DNA from: Felis catus
Lineage: Eukaryota
Assembly: GCF_018350175.1 (NCBI RefSeq)
Contig: NW_025408521.1
Location: 186,001 to 211,826 of the forward strand
DNA: 25,826 bases
Reading direction: 5' to 3'
Within the stretch, counting starts at the first letter, position 1. Each line of letters opens with the position of its first letter. The position numbers and the translations under genes are program-made. Shown here one piece after another: positions 21,601 to 25,826 of the stretch. Below the pieces are notes generated by a model. That model was not told where the DNA came from. It was given only the letters and a program-made list of their open reading frames with translations, and did no database searches.

Positions 21601-23191
21601 GGATTAGGGATCGAGGCAGGCTTAGGTTTCGGGGGAGGGTCCCGGTTCGGGGTAGGGTTAGGGTTAGGGTTAGGTCCCAGGAGGTTCCAGGCGCCGAACC
21701 CACAGCAGGGCAGTGGTCTCCCCGAAGGGCTGAGTTGAGGGCACAAGGGACGGTGCCGGTCAGGATCCCTCTTTGGCTGCCACGGCCACACATGTTGTTC
21801 CTCCCGCGGTCGAGGAGGCCTCCGCAATCCTCTCGGGAGCTGCAGCCGGGCCTGGGAAACGACATGGTGAGCTTCCAGGTTCCTTGCCGAGTCAGCCTGC
21901 ACCGCTTCTGGACCCCAGGCGCGTGATGCTGTCAGACGTTGGAATTGGGTCCCCATGAGGGGAGAGCCTTAGCTAGGGTTAGGGTTCGGGCCAGGGACGT
22001 CGCCAGGGCCGAAGCGACTCCGGTCTCGTGATCTCCCTCGAGGGCTGAAGTGAGGGCCCATGCCAGAAGGCGGCTCAAATGCAGGATTAGGGATCGAGGC
22101 AGGCTTAGGTTTCGGGGGAGGGTCCCGGTTCGGGGTAGGGTTAGGGTTAGGGTTAGGTCCCAGGAGGTTCCAGGCGCCGAACCCACAGCAGGGCAGTGGT
22201 CTCCCCGAAGGGCTGAGTTGAGGGCACAAGGGACGGTGCCGGTCAGGATCCCTCTTTGGCTGCCACGGCCACACATGTTGTTCCTCCCGCGGTCGAGGAG
22301 GCCTCCGCAATCCTCTCGGGAGCTGCAGCCGGGCCTGGGAAACGACATGGTGAGCTTCCAGGTTCCTTGCCGAGTCAGCCTGCACCGCTTCTGGACCCCA
22401 GGCGCGTGATGCTGTCAGACGTTGGAATTGGGTCCCCATGAGGGGAGAGCCTTAGCTAGGGTTAGGGTTCGGGCCAGGGACGTCGCCAGGGCCGAAGCGA
22501 CTCCGGTCTCGTGATCTCCCTCGAGGGCTGAAGTGAGGGCCCATGCCAGAAGGCGGCTCAAATGCAGGATTAGGGATCGAGGCAGGCTTAGGTTTCGGGG
22601 GAGGGTCCCGGTTCGGGGTAGGGTTAGGGTTAGGGTTAGGTCCCAGGAGGTTCCAGGCGCCGAACCCACAGCAGGGCAGTGGTCTCCCCGAAGGGCTGAG
22701 TTGAGGGCACAAGGGACGGTGCCGGTCAGGATCCCTCTTTGGCTGCCACGGCCACACATGTTGTTCCTCCCGCGGTCGAGGAGGCCTCCGGAATCCTCTC
22801 GGGAGCTGCAGCCGGGCCTGGGAAACGACATGGTGAGCTTCCAGGTTCCTTGCCGAGTCAGCCTGCACCGCTTCTGGACCCCAGGCGCGTGATGCTGTCA
22901 GACGTTGGAATTGGGTCCCCATGAGGGCAGAGCCTTAGCTAGGGTTAGGGTTCGGGCCAGGGACGTCTCCAGGGCCGAAGCGACTCCGGTCTCGTGATCT
23001 CCCTCGAGGGCTGAAGTGAGGGCCCATGCCAGAAGGCGGCTCAAATGCAGGATTAGGGATCGAGGCAGGCTTAGGTTTCGGGGGAGGGTCCCGGTTCGGG
23101 GTGGGGTTAGGGTTAGGGTTAGGTCCCAGGAGGTTCCAGGCGCCGAACCCACAGCAGGGCAGTGGTCTCCCCGAAGGGCTGAGTTGAGGGC
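15668..23191. repeat. FA-SAT homogeneous array (15 full monomers plus a partial one; 483 bp)
   Basis: Monomer starts (TCCCCATG) at 15668, 16151, 16634, 17117, 17600, 18082, 18565, 19048, 19531, 20013, 20502, 20985, 21467, 21950, 22433 and 22916. Periods are 483, except three of 482 and one of 489. Confidence 0.97.
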
Positions 23192-24655
23192 TGAAGCCCC
23201 GGGAGAGGAGTCCCGGACGGGGAGGCGCCGGGCGTGCAGCCCCGGGATTGGAGGCCCCGGTGTGCAGCCCCGCGCCTGGAGGCCCCAGGCGAGTAACCCC
23301 AGGCGAGGATGCCCCGGGCGAGGAGGCCCCGTTCGAGCTGCCCCAGGCCTGGAGGCCCCGGGTGAGCAACCCCGGGCGAGGAGGCCCCGGGCGAATAGTC
23401 TCGGGCGAGGAGGCCCCGGTCGAGCTGCCCCAGGCCTGTAGGCCCGGGCGATCAGCCTCGGGCGAGAAGGCGGCGACCTAGCAACACCGGGCCTGGAAGC
23501 CCAGGGCGAGCTGCCCCGGGCCTAGAGGCCCCGGGCGTGCAGCCCCGCGCCTGGAGGCCCCGGGCGAGCAACCCCGGGCGAGTAGGCCCCGGGCGATCAG
23601 TCTCGGGCGAGGAGGCCCCGGGTGAGCAGCGCCGGGCATGGAGGCCCGGGCGAGCAGCCTCGGGCGAGAAGGCGCCAGGCGAGGAGGCCACGGTCGAGCT
23701 GCCCCAGGCCTGTAGGCCCGTGCGATCAGCCTCGGACGAAAAGGCGCCGACCTAGCAACACTGGGCCTGGAAGCCCAGGGCGAGCTGCCCCGGGCCTAGA
23801 GACCCCGGGCGTGCAGCCCCGCGCCTGGAGGCCCCGGGCGAGAATGCCCGTGCGAGGAGACCCCGGGTGAGCAGGCCCCGGGCGAGGAGGCCCCGGTCAA
23901 GCTGCCCCGGGCCTGGAGGCCCCGGGCGATCAGTCTCGGGCCAGGAGGCCCCGGGCGAGCAGCACCGGGCCTGGAGTCCTCGGGCGAGCAGCCTCAGACC
24001 TGGAGGCCCCAGGCGATCAGCCTCGGGCGAGGAGGCCCTGGGCGAGCAGCCCCGGGAATGGAGGCCCCAGGCGAGCAGCCCCAGGCGACGAGGCCCGGGG
24101 CTAGCAGCCCCAGGCGTGGAGGCCCCGGTCGAGCAACCCCGGGCATGGAGGCCCCCGGGCAAGCAGCCTCGGGAGAGGAGGCCCCTGGCGAGCAGCCCCG
24201 AGCGAGGAGGCACCGGACGAGCAGCCCCGGGGGAGGAGGCCCCGGTTGAGCAGTCACGGGCCTGGAACCCCGGGCGAGGAGCACCCGGGCGAGCAGCCCC
24301 TGTTGAGGAGGCCCCGATCGAGCAGCCTCGGGCGAGGAAGCCCCGGGCTAACAGCCTCGGGCCTGGAGGCTCCTGGCGAGCAACCCCGGGCGCTGAGGCC
24401 CCGGGCGAGCAGCCTCAGGGCAGGAGGCCCTGGGCGAGCAGCCCCAGGCCTGGAGGCCCCGGGCGAGAGGCCACGGGTGAGGAGTCCCCGGGCGAGCAGC
24501 CCCAGGCGAGGAGGCCTCGGGCGAGCAGCCACTGTCCTGGAGGCCCCAGGCGAACAACCCCGGTCCTGGAGGCCCCAGGCGAGCAGCCCCGGGCTTGGAG
24601 GCCCCTGTCGAGCATCCCCGGGTGAGCAGCCCCGGGCGAGGAGGCCCCGGGCGAG
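23192..24655. repeat. CpG-rich minisatellite, 14/15-bp subunits (29-bp dimer)
   Basis: CGAGCAGCCCCGGG (14 bp) alternates with CGAGGAGGCCCCGGG or CCTGGAGGCCCCGGG (15 bp), with scattered substitutions. Confidence 0.92.
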
Positions 24656-25127
24656 TGGGGCACTTCCCATTCTGGGTCTCCAAACCATCGGACATTTCCA
24701 GGGTGTTTCTCTGCTGAGACCCTAGTGTCTGGAGGCTGTTTCGGGTTCTTAGACCCCTTTCTCTAGGTACAGGGAGGGGCTTCAACCATGGTGAGCCATG
24801 GTAATGACTCAGAACCTAGAGGCCGGGGGTCATAGCAGGTGTTTGTGATTCTGGGTCTCGTATCCCTCGGTCCTAACCCTGGAGTTTCTCAGCTGAGAGG
24901 AAGGGTTTGTTGGCTTTTTAAAATTCAGGCATATAATTCCTTGGGATTTTGTGTTCGCTGCATAGCCCATGGAGGGGCTGCTTGGAATTCTGTGTCTCCC
25001 ACTTCTGCAACCTTCCCTGTACATTTCACAGCTGAGACCCCATGGTCTGGAGGCTGTGTGGGATACTCTGACCCATTTCTCTCAGGTAGAGGAAGTGGCT
25101 TCAGGCATGATGAGCCAAGGTAAGAGA
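24656..25127. repeat. ~470-bp spacer, copy 1 of an 862-bp composite unit
   Basis: GGGGCACTTCCCATTCTG... recurs exactly 862 bp downstream. Confidence 0.88.
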
Positions 25128-25517
25128 CAGCCCCGTGTGAGGAGGCCCGAGGCGAGCAGCCCCGGGCGAGGAGGCCCCGGGCTAGCAGCCCCGCATCTGG
25201 AGGCCTCTGGTGAGCAGCCCCGGGCGAGGAGACCCCGGGCGAGCAGCCCTAGGCGAGGAGGCCTCGGGCGAGCAGGCCCGGGCATGGAGGCCCCGGGTGA
25301 GCAACCCCAGTACTGGAAGCCCCAGGCGAGCAGCCCCAGGCGAGGAGGCCCAGGGCTAGCAGCCCCGGGCGTGGAGGCCCTGGGCGAGCAACCCCGCGCC
25401 TGGAGGTCACAGGCAAGCAGCCCCGGGCGAGGAGGCCTGGGGCTAGCAGCCCCGGGCTTGCAGGCCCCTGGAAGAAGTCCCGGGTGAGCTGCCCCAGGCG
25501 AGGAGGCCCCCGGCGAG
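25128..25517. repeat. Second block of the 14/15-bp CpG-rich minisatellite
   Basis: Same subunits as 23192-24655. Confidence 0.92.
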
Positions 25518-25826
25518 CGGGGCACTTCCCATTCTGTGTCTCCAAACCATCTGACATTTCCAGGGAGTTTCTCAGCTCAGACCCTAGTGTCTGGAGGCTG
25601 TTTCGGGTTCTGTGACCCCTTTCTCTAGGTACAGGGAGGGGCTTCAACCATGGTAAGCCATGGTAATGACTCAGAACCTAGAGTCCGGGGGTTGTAGCAG
25701 GTGTTTGTGATTCTGGGTCTCCTATCCCTCGGTCCTAACCCGGGAGTTTCTGAGCTGAGAGGAAGGGTTTGTTGGCTTTTTAGGATTCAGCCATATAATT
25801 CCGTGGGATTTTGTGCTCGCTGCATA
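25518..25826. repeat. Spacer copy 2 (truncated by the window end)
   Basis: Colinear with 24656-24964, substitutions only (e.g. TGACTCA at 24805 and 25667). Confidence 0.9.

Noticed and set aside
15687..22922. Recurring 156-aa (MGTQFQ...PNPNP), 138-aa and 119-aa ORFs as a tandem gene family
   Set aside because: They overlap in several frames on both strands and recur only because the 483-bp GC-rich monomer does. PN/LT/VR runs are translations of TAACCC/GGGTTA, and 1-bp deletions break them freely.
15850..23125. True telomere or interstitial telomeric array
   Set aside because: Only 3-4 consecutive hexamers per monomer, an integral part of FA-SAT.
23016..25647. Long Pro/Arg/Gly/Ala-rich ORFs (up to 252 aa) resembling collagen-like or viral repeat proteins
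   Set aside because: Translations of a stop-poor 14/15-bp GC minisatellite, open in multiple frames, with no domain signal.

Overview
Eukaryotic, almost certainly felid (domestic cat-like) heterochromatic DNA. No intact protein-coding gene is evident. Layout: (1) 1-2192, about 4.5 diverged monomers of the GC-rich ~483-bp cat satellite FA-SAT, which carries TTAGGG hexamers. (2) 2193-13782, an ~11.6-kb island of decayed and nested LINE-1s and carnivore tRNA-derived SINEs (SINEC) around a small non-repetitive core (~3650-6300). The core holds a near-perfect CTCF motif and an exon-like segment resembling a decayed DUX/PRD-class homeobox. (3) 13783-23191, about 19.5 FA-SAT monomers, degenerate at the left edge and nearly identical from 15668 on. 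(4) 23192-25826, an abrupt switch to a CpG-rich 14/15-bp (29-bp dimer) minisatellite, interleaved with a ~470-bp spacer to form an 862-bp composite unit. Nearly all ORFs in the track are by-products of GC-rich tandem repeats or L1 remnants. Family assignments come from recalled consensus features, not database searches.
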